DNA of 64,000 nucleotides, from contig NC_068994.1 in NCBI RefSeq assembly GCF_001194135.2, forward strand, positions 24,488,557 through 24,552,556, written 5' to 3'. Below the pieces are notes generated by a model that saw only the letters and a program-made list of their open reading frames with translations, was not told the origin of the DNA and ran no database searches. A program made the position numbers and the translations under genes. The DNA is from Octopus bimaculoides. Its lineage: Eukaryota. Positions 12,873 through 23,876 of this stretch are shown here, one piece after another. Position 1 is the stretch's first letter. Each line of letters opens with the position of its first letter.

Positions 12873-13206
12873 AAGAACACAAATGGGTTTCAGATACGTG
12901 TTTTGTTGATGAACAAATCAATAACATCATGAAATGAAAACTATTTTCTTCATATGAATAAAAATTTAAATCTAAAATTTAAGATTCAGCTCATAATGGA
13001 GAAATAATTTTTCTTTTTCTGATCATCACAAAAATTATACTTATTATGAGCCTAATCTTAAATGTTAAATTTCAGGTTTAAATTTCTATTCACCTTGAAG
13101 AAAATGTTTTTTTTTGTTTTTTTTCATGATGTAATTGATCTGTTCATCAATAAAAATAAAAACATGTCAGAAACAGTTGTAGTGAACTTCAACCCATTTC
13201 TGTTCT
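12873..13206. mobile_element. MITE-like element with degenerate inverted ends
   Basis: Left end AAGAACACAAATGGGTT...TGATGAACAAATCAATAACATCATGAAA is the inverse of the right end TTTCATGATGTAATTGATCTGTTCATCA...AACCCATTTCTGTTCT. Confidence 0.45.
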
Positions 13207-13741
13207 TTTATGTATATGTACATGTGTGTATGTGGGTACACATATTTGTGTTGTGTGTGTATATGTGTGTACACGTACACGTGTGTGTGTATGCATGAAA
13301 AGGTGATGATAGCTTTGTAACTTTCTGCTGCACTGAGGTTTGCATTCTTTTATCTCACTTAATGGACACAGTATCTTCCTGACTTTAATGACCTTAAGAA
13401 CACTAGCTTGGCTACAGCATGCCTGTGTTTCTTGTATGTCCACACAGTCAGTTTTGGATATAAAGTAATTAAGATAACTCTTTTGAAATTTGAGTAGTTT
13501 CATCTCTTTGCTTCTTGCATGCCTGTTATAGCCGCTCCTAATTTCCCTATAAATTCAAATATAATTTTTTAAAATACCACTTATCCAGAAATGTTGGTTC
13601 AATTTGTCAAGATATTATATTTGTACTTGTTTAACATTTTACCTGAAGATGGTAGATTATGTGCTATGATGTAGTCTATGAATAATCTATAAAATTCTAC
13701 CAAAACAGCTGTTGCAAATTTTAAACCCCATTTGTGTTCCT

Positions 13742-13742
13742 T

Positions 13743-13773
<31 letters not shown>

Positions 13774-13782
13774 GAATATATG

Positions 13783-13856
<74 letters not shown>

Positions 13857-13870
13857 CATATATACACACA
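13742..13870. repeat. (TA)n microsatellite
   Basis: Direct reading. Confidence 0.95.
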
Positions 13871-14024
13871 CACGTGTATATACACACACACACAAATATG
13901 TGTACCTACATACACACATGTACATATACATATAAGAACAGAAATGGGTTGAGGTTCACTACAACTGTTTCAGACATGTTTTTATTTTTATTGATGAACA
14001 AATATATATATTTACCACATGTAG

Positions 14025-14098
14025 TTTATTTTTCTCTTTGAAACCTATTTCTATTATATATATATATAATAGAAATAGGTTTCAAAGAGAAAAATAAA
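14025..14098. repeat. Perfect 74-bp palindrome
   Basis: TTTATTTTTCTCTTTGAAACCTATTTCTATTATATAT|ATATATAATAGAAATAGGTTTCAAAGAGAAAAATAAA, checked base by base; no spacer. Confidence 0.95.
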
Positions 14099-14099
14099 G

Positions 14100-14950
14100 T
14101 AAGAAGAAAAAGCGAAAATGCACATTGGATATTTAAAAAATAAAGGCTTTTTTATGAAAAGTAACGATAAATATATACAGTTAGATGAACTGAGGTAGAA
14201 TTAAGAGGAATAAAGTTATTATTTTGAATTGTTAAAGGAATTCAAAGTCATACCGATTTCATCAATTGCTGTTCACTGGCTTTCAATGCACACTGATTAC
14301 CAAATGGTGTTGTGTCTACTAGTCCCTGAATAAAAAGATTATATGTAAGGGAGGTAAGTAGTTCTGGGAGTGGTGCAATTAGGGTAGATGTAATAATGTA
14401 ATATGAATGGTGTATAGAATGTATGGGAATTAGTGGTATTAATGGTAGGGTTAGTAGTGTTCTATGTTATATGTTCACGTTGAGTTGTGGATGATATTTA
14501 TTGATGAAAGTTGCTTCTTTATTTCTTTGCTGAACTGAGGTATTCTGTGAACATTGATATAAAGGGAAAATTTGGAAGTTCCTAGCACACCTTTCTATGT
14601 GTTCACTGACCTGTAACTGTCTGTATTGTGGGTAGTGGATTTGTTCCTTGTGAAGAGTTGTTCTTTAATGGAGTGACATTCCTGTTTGGCCAATATAATG
14701 ATTATCGCACCCTAAGCAGGTAATGGCATAGATTAAGTTTTCCAAAGCACAGGTGAAATTTGATTTTATCTTAAATATTTCACTTTGTTTAAAGTGGAAC
14801 TCTGTACCCTCCAAAAGGTGGGGGCATGTACCACAATTAGGCTGACCACATTTTTTCACTTTCGGTTCCATTGTTAATGGATATAGTCTTGCATTGGTTA
14901 ATATTTTTTCAATGATTTCGGTTGCATTTTGCTCTTGATAATTTTGTGTG
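14100..14950 (-). mobile_element. Penelope-like element 3' part (GIY-YIG endonuclease)
   Basis: ORF 14665-14871(-) reads KCGQPNCGTCPHL...FTCALENLIYAITCLGCDNHYIGQTG, then RTTLHKEQI...VSEHI after a stop. This is the Zn-knuckle plus GIY-YIG arrangement typical of PLEs. Confidence 0.85.
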
Positions 14951-15469
14951 AGTCTAAAATTTTGTTCATGTATGTATGTATGTATGCATGCATGTATGTA
15001 TAAAATTAATTTACAAAGGTACCGTTAATTCTATTATTATCCAATGTCACTAGTTTAAGAATGATAATAACAGAATTAACGATACAGGCGGCTGCAGGCC
15101 AAAAAATGGCATTTAAATAGCCGAGGAATTATAATTAATCAAAGGACATACTAAGTATGTCTACCTGCTTGAAATAACAGTCAAAACTCGTTATTAAATC
15201 GTCAAAACTACACTGGTGATTACTACAGAAATCAAACGAAGGTAAATTTGGTTAAGACAATCTACTTACATACATTCAAGTATATGGATTTATGTGGACT
15301 AGTTTCTGCATTGGCACAAAATGCCTTAGCTTCTTCAGCACATATCACCACCAAAGCGATTTCCAACCTATCCTTCTGAAATCTGTGCCGCTACTGATTT
15401 GTTTCGCGCCGAAATCACAGCAGCTTCCCAGTGTAAAAAATAATCTCGTTGCCGATATATCTATATAAC

Positions 15470-15760
15470 TGATGACGAGGATTCCAGTTGATCTGATCAA
15501 TGGAACATCCTGCTCATGAAATTAACATGCAAGTGGCTGAGCACTCCACAGACACATGTTACCTCAACTTAGTTCTCAGGGAGATTCAGTGTGACATGGA
15601 ATGTGACAAGGTTGGCCCTTTAAGATACAGGTACTACTCAGTTTTGCCAGCTGAGTGAACTGGTGCAACATAAAATAAAGTGTCTTGTTCACAGACGTTA
15701 TGTGCTGCTGTGAACTAAACTCATGACCTTATGGTCATGAACAGAATATCCTAACCACTA
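15470..15760 (-). mobile_element. CORE-type SINE, decayed
   Basis: Contains GCCAGCTGAGTGAACTGG...AAAGTGTCTTG, resembling the reverse of a CORE domain; a related copy lies at 60170-60350. Confidence 0.5.
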
Positions 15761-17647
15761 AGTTATGCACCCTTACATCATTGAGCTTGGCCATTGGTCA
15801 GTTCATGAGAAATTTCCTAACAGTGTCTGTTCACAAGGCCAAGCTTATGGAGATGCCTATTAATGGTGCTTTGTGAGGATCAAGTTCTGCTAACAATGTA
15901 CAAGTGCCTCTGCTTGGCTGTTGTTTAACTTTTTCAAGCAAAGCTTCATCATCCACAACAGATGATCTGCCTGACCTTGGTTTGTCTGAACCAGTTTTGT
16001 GTCACACGTTTGTTGACAGTTCCTGAGCCTTCTACATCATTAATTTCTTTTGCCACTGCCCTTGTACTCAGTCCTTTTTCCACAGGTAGCGTAAAATGGC
16101 AATTTATTCAGCACAGAATAAATAATTCATGTTCATGTGTTAAACATAAAAATAAAGAATAAACAATTCAGCAATGGTAGGATAAGTTGTATCAAATTGA
16201 TGATGTAACATGAAGATGCAAGTTGCCAAAAATCATCAGAGAAAATCTGAAAAGATTTTTGCTCAACCTGGTATATATAAAGACATATACAGACAAGTAC
16301 TAATACATACATCTGCACATACATATATACACAAATTATACATTCAAAAAATATTGTTATATATCTCTATGCATTAACGTGTGTGTGTATAAATGTGTGA
16401 CAGTATGGCATACTAGTTTGAGTGTTCAGCTTATAATCAAAATATCATGGAGTCATTTCCTGTTTCCAACGCATTGTGTTCTTGAGCAAAATATTTTATT
16501 TCATGGTGTTCCAGTTTCCTCAGCTGAAAGTGTATACTAGTCAAATGCTGAAGCAGTTCTCTCTGTCTAACTATCCTGAATGTGCTGTTTGGTCAAAGAG
16601 TGGGAGAGGTAAAAGTTGTATTTTTATATGTACATATACAGGGTACCCTTAACAAATGTGTACACACATTGAATGATTATAAAGTCAGTGTTTATTAAAA
16701 TGCATTTTATCAAAAGGTAATAGAATCTACAAGAATAATTTTTTTCATTTTATGAATGCCTGTTTTTCAACTGATGACTGTTCTGGCCCAGATACTGCAG
16801 ATAATGCAGAGCAACAGAATAGCAAACATCAAGAAACATTTCCAGTGGACACAGAGTATTTTTACTGAACCCGTTTGGCAAATTATTATCAAGTTAAACC
16901 TTTACATTACTATGGTATGTAGCGAGGTCCCCATCTTACTGAAAATATAACTCCACATCTTAAAATCCTCTTGAGTGCTTGACATAACATATAGTTGCAG
17001 TAAATGGAGTAAATGGGACTAGTCACAGTATCATCAAAACAGATTGATCCAATTAATCCTTTTTTTTTTTTTTTCGTTTTTTAAGCCACACCAGTTTGGC
17101 AACAGACTAATAGAATAATTTCCAGACTTTAAAAATAAGTACTGGGGGTGATTTGTTTGACAAAACCATTTAGTGTCCCAGCATGGCCACTGTCTAATTC
17201 CTGAAACATGTAGAAGATGAAAGATAGAGATATATTTATATATGATGTTTAACAGTATTTTTCTATAATTCTGCTACTTATCAAGTACAGCATTTTTTTA
17301 TTGTCTCTCTGGAAATTTGCAGAGAAATATCCATTATGTTGATGAATTTTTTTTTTCTTCAGAAGGTGAATGATTCTGTACCTTGTTAAAAACATTCAGT
17401 AACTTCCTGCACAGCATAAAAAAAAAAAGTAATCTGTGTGATATTATTTCAGTTCATACTATTCATTATTAACATGAAATTAGAAGGCATGACGAAAAGT
17501 TTTTGAGTTTCGCTCAATGATACGGATGTAAAGTATTCTGAATGAACACTCCTATAGAATGGAGTTGAAACTATCAAAAGAATCAAAAACCATTTTCTTT
17601 GGGTGTGTAGTTTTATGGATCTTAGATTGTGATTAAGCAAATATCAT

Positions 17648-17960
17648 TGTCATCATCATCATCGTTTAACATCCGCCTTCCATGCTGGCATGGGTGGGAC
17701 AGTTTGACAAGAGCCAGCCAGGCAGAAACCTGCACTAGACTTCTGTAATTGTTTTGGCGGGATTTTTACAACTGGCTGCCCTTCCTAACACCAACCACTC
17801 ATCAGAGTGGACTTACTGCTTTTTACATAGCACAAGCACTAGCAAGGTCAGTTTTGACAAGGTTTTTGCAGTTGGATGTCCTTCCAAACACCAACCACTT
17901 TACAGTGTGGACTGCATGCTTTTAAGTGGCACCTACACTGACAGGATCACCAAGTACTTG
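17648..17960 (-). mobile_element. RTE-X-like LINE 3' end with (GAT)n tail
   Basis: Plus strand reads CATCATCATCGTTTAAC...CCATGCTGGCATGG...GCCCTTCCTAACACCAACCACTC, matching the other copies. Confidence 0.75.
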
Positions 17961-18468
17961 CAAGATAAAAAAATAAAACTCTTTTGAGAGGTCAGGGGGC
18001 ATTGGAGGAGGTGATTTTTTGTTGGATGATAAAAGGTTATAGTGAGGCAGAGAGATTCCCAAAGTGGGTGATGAATTTCTAGAAAATGGTGGTTGATTTG
18101 AGATTTGAGCAGGCAATATGAACATTTTGTGGGTGACAATGAATTTTTAGAAATTAAGTCTGCATTTACTGATATCTAGGCATGCCTAGAATAAGGATGC
18201 ATTTTTATCAATTTGACTATTTGTATTAAAAACGTGGACTTGTTTATCGATCAAATATTTTTGTCACAGACTTTGAGATGGTTGTCATGCATGCTAAAAA
18301 TAGCAGCCAAATAGGCCTAGGCCTTAAATCACACTCCACCACAAATTTTTTGGAGGTGGGGCATAGTCATATAAAGTCCCACGTGTTGAATTCAAAATCT
18401 CAAAAATTTCCCGAAAACTTTGAAAAATAAAAAAGTTAGGAGTTATATGTTGTGCATAATTCTGTGGT

Positions 18469-18663
18469 NNNNNNNNNNNNNNNNNNNNNNNNNNNNNNNN
18501 NNNNNNNNNNNNNNNNNNNNNNNNNNNNNNNNNNNNNNNNNNNNNNNNNNNNNNNNNNNNNNNNNNNNNNNNNNNNNNNNNNNNNNNNNNNNNNNNNNNN
18601 NNNNNNNNNNNNNNNNNNNNNNNNNNNNNNNNNNNNNNNNNNNNNNNNNNNNNNNNNNNNNNN
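18469..18663. other. Assembly gap
   Basis: N run. Confidence 1.
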
Positions 18664-21005
18664 CAGCAATTTAACTTGGAAAGGTACATTAATGTGCTGA
18701 ATTTTTAAATTTTCAATAAACTTTGATTTTTGAAATGCTGGCAGCCAAACAAACTAGATCCGTATTTGCTCCAGTAAAGACGTGTCATCTAACTCTGCTC
18801 TATTGACTTCTTCTTCTCTTTGGGAATACCATACTGCCTTTCTGATGCCATCTGTAGAAATTCATTTCCACCTTTCCATTTTACTGATGCCTCCAGTCGA
18901 GAAAATTTGTCGACAGTACAGTAGTGATTATTTATTGTTTGGATTTATTCCCTCTCCTCAGAACTGTCAGTTACCAATGTGCCTTCTTTGCTATCAAACA
19001 TTGACCAGCGAAGCAATGAACCCTTCACGCTTGAAGTATCACTTTGATGCAAAGCATCCTGACAAGGCGCACAAGCCATTGTCATAGGTTTTGCAACAGA
19101 GCTCCTCTTTCAAAAAGTAAATACAAACATTCAACACGCTACTCCAGGAAACTAGTAAACAGGAGAATGATGGGTTGATTGTACAACATTGCATTGCTTG
19201 TTGGTAAGTCTGGGAACTTTCACACAATTGGAGAAACATTATTTCACCCAGTTCTCTAAGAAGTTTTGTCAACCATTATGTGTTATATCGCACGTTCGGA
19301 TGGCGTGCCTTCACCAATAACATACCTTTACTCTACTACTGAACTCTCACTTCCAACGACTCAACTCAACAGAACTTGATGTCTAGTCTACCAACGGCTC
19401 CGGCTCGCTGTATGTGATGCTTCTACGACTAGCTATCACATCCACTATTTATACATATTTGACTAGCCTACTCGTTGTCTGTGGGCGTCCACACAACATT
19501 ATGCACAAAAAACCCAATAACATTATGAAGATCCCACTTAGTAATAACACAATTTCTCGAAGCATCAATGAAATAGCCAATGATGTCAAACATCAGTGAA
19601 TTAATATTCTCCAGTGTTCTGAATTTTCTATACAAGTGGATGAGTCAACTGTTGTGGACAATCAATGTTTGACAATGGTATATGTTCTGTATTTCAGCGA
19701 AGACCTTCAACCTTTTGAGGAAATGCTGTTCACAGAGAAATTGCCACTCAATTCAAGAGGTGCAACTACTTTTCACACTCTCAAGTCTTTCATTTTTGAA
19801 TATAATATCCTACTCAGTAATATTCTTGCCTGTGCATCTGATGGAAACCCTTTGATGATAGGAAGATACAGAGGTTTGTTTTTCATCTCTCCTAAAGCAT
19901 GAAATTTCCCACCAGATACTAACTGTTCATTGCTTGGCACATCAGCAGCATTTAGTGGCAAAATATATGAATGGTAGGTTGAATGATGGACTACAGTTAG
20001 TTATCAAGACTGTGAACAAATTGAAGTCCAGTCCCTTGTCTGATTGAATTTTCCACCAACTCTGTGTGAGAAATTATGAGGACTATACTAAACTCTTATA
20101 CCATACTGAAGTAGAGTGGCTGTCAAAAGGAAACTGTGTTTTACGCTTTGTTGAACTGTTTCATATAATCATATCTTTCTTTGAAGATACTCCACTCTCC
20201 ACTTCATTGATGGCTGCAAGGTATGGTATCTTTTTTCTTTGTGATATAGCCACAAAATTAAATGATTTGAATAAGTTATTGCAAGGAAACAGAAAAACTC
20301 TCATTGATTGTAAATCATTTATCACTACCTTCATTTTGAAATTAGTGTTGTATAAGACTAACATTTCAAAATGTCAATTCCATCAATTTCCACAACTTAT
20401 TTCTTTGAAAGATCAATTAGTTGATGAGGATTTAACTACATATCACAGCTATTTACAATTATTGCATGATAACATGGTGGAGCAATTTCAAGATGTTATT
20501 GCACTGAATATTCCAAATTGGTATAGCATTCTGTTTGAGGTCAATGCAGTCGATTGCGAGGATGACGTTCAGTAGGAACTGACAGAATTACAAAATGACA
20601 ATGACACCACAATGTGATATTGCCGTAATGGCAAAGAAGGTTTGTGGTACCACCAGAGTATATTGAATTCCTACCACATCTGAAATTACTTTTGCTTGCC
20701 TTCCCTACCTCATACCTGGTTGAATTCGGTTTTAACCATGTTTGAACTTTACTTTCCCATAAAAGAATTGGACTGGATGTGACACAACGAGATCTGCGGC
20801 TAAAGATTACAATTTTGAAACTGAATGTATCTGCACTAACTGCATTGCACCAGACACACGGTTCTCATTAAAATGTTTTATTCTTTTCCTTTATAATACA
20901 ATCATTAATTATTTTTGCATTGGTAGTTCTTATCAATGGTTAATTTGTGAAAATGATAATCAGTGTAAAAGAAAGCACAATTTTTCAAAAGTTTGGGAAA
21001 CACTG
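18664..21005 (+). mobile_element. hAT (Buster/Charlie-type, ZBED5/SCAND3-like) transposon, decayed; left end lost or in the gap
   Basis: BED finger PMCLLC...RLKYHFDAKH from ATG 18887, then PLSNNTISR, FSIQVDEST, CASDG and YHTEVEWLSKG fragments with stops. Right TIR GTTTGGGAAACACTG (20991-21005) is followed by CTGTAGAG, which fits the nnnTAnnn TSD consensus. Confidence 0.88.
19281..19498 (-). mobile_element. Solo LTR (218 bp) inserted in the hAT transposase
   Basis: TGTT...AACA termini and a 5-bp TSD TTATG at 19276-80 and 19499-503. Removing it restores EVLSTIM|HKKPNNIMKIPLSNNT. TATAAAT and AGTAAA lie on the minus strand. Confidence 0.85.
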
Positions 21006-21414
21006 CTGTAGAGGAAGTACAAAGTTACCCAGCCAGGGAGAGAGATCAAGAATGAAGACAGTAAGAGGTGCGCTGCCACAAAGGAAATACATGGTTACTC
21101 AGCCTGAGGGAAGTGCAGGAGAAAGAGAGAGAGAGTGGGAGACAGCAGGATAGAGATGGTGACAAAGTGCCAGGCATACACAATGATACAGTGAGACAGG
21201 ATGTGGGTGGAACACACAGGTCGCAAACTAGCAGAAAGCAATGATACAGTGGCACAGGGCCAAGAGGACAGGAGTGAGGAGTGGGAAGTAAGCCTAATGC
21301 ATGAAGTGGAAATGTGAGGAAGAGAAGAGATGTAGTTTGGTTTGTTGTGGTAGAGTATGTGAGAAATTTTCTATTTAAGTGTAGGTGGGACACAGCACTT
21401 CTAGCATTCAGTTT

Positions 21415-22390
21415 TGCTGATGTGAGCAGGTCTTCTCAAGAACTTCATATCGCTAGACATCTCCGTCCATTGTCATTTCTTCCGTGAAGCCCAGCATACT
21501 GAGATCAGCCCTTATCACTTAATCCTACTTCTTCTTAGGTTTCTCTCTTCTGCAGGTACCATCTACTTTCATATGCTTCACATCCAAACCAATGTAGTCT
21601 TCTCTCTTGCATGCTACATTTGGTTCCTCTTATGCCCAACTTTTCTCTCAATACATTTGCACTTTGTCACACATGTACACTGATGTTGCACATCCAACTG
21701 AGAATACTACCTTCATTTCTCTCCAGTCTACACGTCTTCTGCATTCAAAGCCCATGTCTCACTACCATGGAGTATAGCCATTCGCACAAACATCATAAAG
21801 TCTACCTTTTACTCTGAGAGAAAGTCCTTTTGTTGCCTATAGAGGTAGCTCTCTAAACTTCCTCCACCCAATTCTTATTCTAGAAACAATACTTTCAGAG
21901 CATCCTCCACCATTGCTAATTTGGTCACCTAGGTAACAGAAACTATCTACAACCTCAAGAGAGCCTCTTAAGTTCTGTGTGCTCTTAGTGCTTATTGTTC
22001 CTGCACATCTGCCATATAGAAAGGCAACTTTATTTGTTAACCTACTTGTTATTTCACTGCAACTCTTATGTGTCCATAGTTTACACTGGGTGCAGCAAAT
22101 GGAATTTCTTCCATCTCCTTTCCTACATATTTAACAGGGCCATTTACCTGACAGAAAGAGAGTTTTAACAACAACTTTGGTCTTTGCTAAGTTAACTTTA
22201 AGGCCCTTTGATTCCAAGTTTTTGTTTCCATACCTGGAATTTTTTCTCCAATTCTGCTAAAGTTTCTGCAATAAGATCAAGGTCATCAGCATATAGCATT
22301 TCCTATGGGCACCCAGTTTTGAATTCTGTTATGACCTGGAGGACTATAATGAATGAGAGTAGGCTGAGAACTGAGCTCTGGTAAACCCCA
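21415..22390 (-). mobile_element. RTE-X-like LINE fragment (RT to C-terminus)
   Basis: Alignable by eye to 2640-3680 (ACCCAGTTTTGAATTC, GATCAAGGTCATCAGCA, AGGCCCTTTGATTC); truncated at the HQGS region. Confidence 0.8.
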
Positions 22391-23876
22391 AGCTGTATGC
22401 TATGGTACTGTTACTACATGTTTCTCCTAGCGAGAAATATGTAGTAACAGTACCATACAGTACAGCTTATTTGCTAATGCAACGTCACAGTCCTGCGCAG
22501 AATGATGTTACTACTTGTTAACCCCAAAAAAACATCTTTTCCAGCTGGCTACCAACACATGATCTGCATCCGTATACTGTGAGAAAGGCAGTCTACTGCT
22601 CCCTTTCTAGCCATAACGATACCTTTAGACCAATTTTTTCTGGGTAATTTCCCTTCCTTGGTACAGGACAACTGCCAGCTAGAGTTAGCAGTCAATCACT
22701 CTTACTCACAGTATATAATTTTAAAGTAATACAACAGTTACTGATCAATAAAGAGAAAATGACTAGTTTTAAATCTCTGAACGAGAAATATGTAGTAACT
22801 GTACCATACAGTAAAGTCTATTTGCCAATGCAATGTGCTAGTCCTACACGGGATGATGTTCCTACTTTTTAGCCCCAGGAAAACATCTTTTTCAGTTGGC
22901 TACTGACACATGATCTTTGTATACTGTGAGCAAGGGTGTCTTCCGCTCCCTTTCTAGCCACAGCCATACCTGTAGACCAACTTTTTCTGGGTAATTTCCC
23001 TTACTCGGTACAGGACAACTGCCAGCTAGAGATAGCAGCCACTCCCTTGCTCACAGTATATACTGTGAGCAAGGGAGTATACCGCTCCCTTTCTAGCCAC
23101 AGCCATACTTGGAAATACTTGTAAAGTGACACACAGCCACTAATCTTGTGAAGAGAAAAACAACTAGTTTCAAATCTCTGGGCTAGAAATGTGCAGTAAC
23201 TGTATCATACAGTAAAGTCTGTTTGCCAATGCAACACGCCAATCATACGCAGGATGATGTTACTACTTTTTAACCCGAGGAAAACATCTTTTCCAGCTGG
23301 CTACCAGCATATGATCTGTGTCTGCATACTGTGAGCAAAGTGGTCTACTGCTCACTTTCTAACCACAGCTATACCTGTAGACCAATGGTTTCTGGTCAAT
23401 TTCCCTTACTCAGTACAGAACAATCACTGGCTAGAGATAGCAGTCACTTGCTCTTGCTTATACTATATACATTTAAAGCAACACACAGTCGCTGATGTTG
23501 TAATGAGAAAAACAAACTAGTATCAAATCTCTGAGCGAGAAATATGTAGTAACAGTCCCGTACAGTAAAGTCTATTTGCTAACGTAATGTGGTAGTTCTG
23601 CACAGGAGGATGTTACTACTTTATAGCTTCGGAAAAACATCTTTTCCAGCTGGCTACCAACACATCTTCTGTGTTTGTATACTGTGAGCAATGGAGTCTA
23701 CCACTCCCTTTCTAGCCAAAGCGATACCTGTAGACCAATGGTTTCTGAGTAATTTCCCTTACTCGGTACAGGACAACCGCTGGCTAGAGACAGCAGTTAC
23801 TCACTCTTGCTCACAGTATATACTTTGAGCAGGGGAGTATACCACTCCCTTTCTAGCCATAGCCATACCTGTAAAC
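22391..23876 (+). repeat. ~351-bp tandem repeat array, left block (4+ units), starting with a fold-back
   Basis: Unit starts (CGAGAAATATGTAGTAAC) at 22431, 22782, 23183 and 23536; an inverted arm 22391-22426 pairs with 22432-22467. Confidence 0.9.

Noticed and set aside
9259-13935. ORFs of YIYIYI, CVCV or X runs (also 18324-18700, 34801-35013, 60677-61474)
   Set aside because: These are translations of microsatellites and N gaps.
18325-18468. MITE-like AT-rich segments (also about 24240-24700 inside the hAT)
   Set aside because: They look repeat-derived, but no paired TIRs or TSD could be established; one end falls in a gap.
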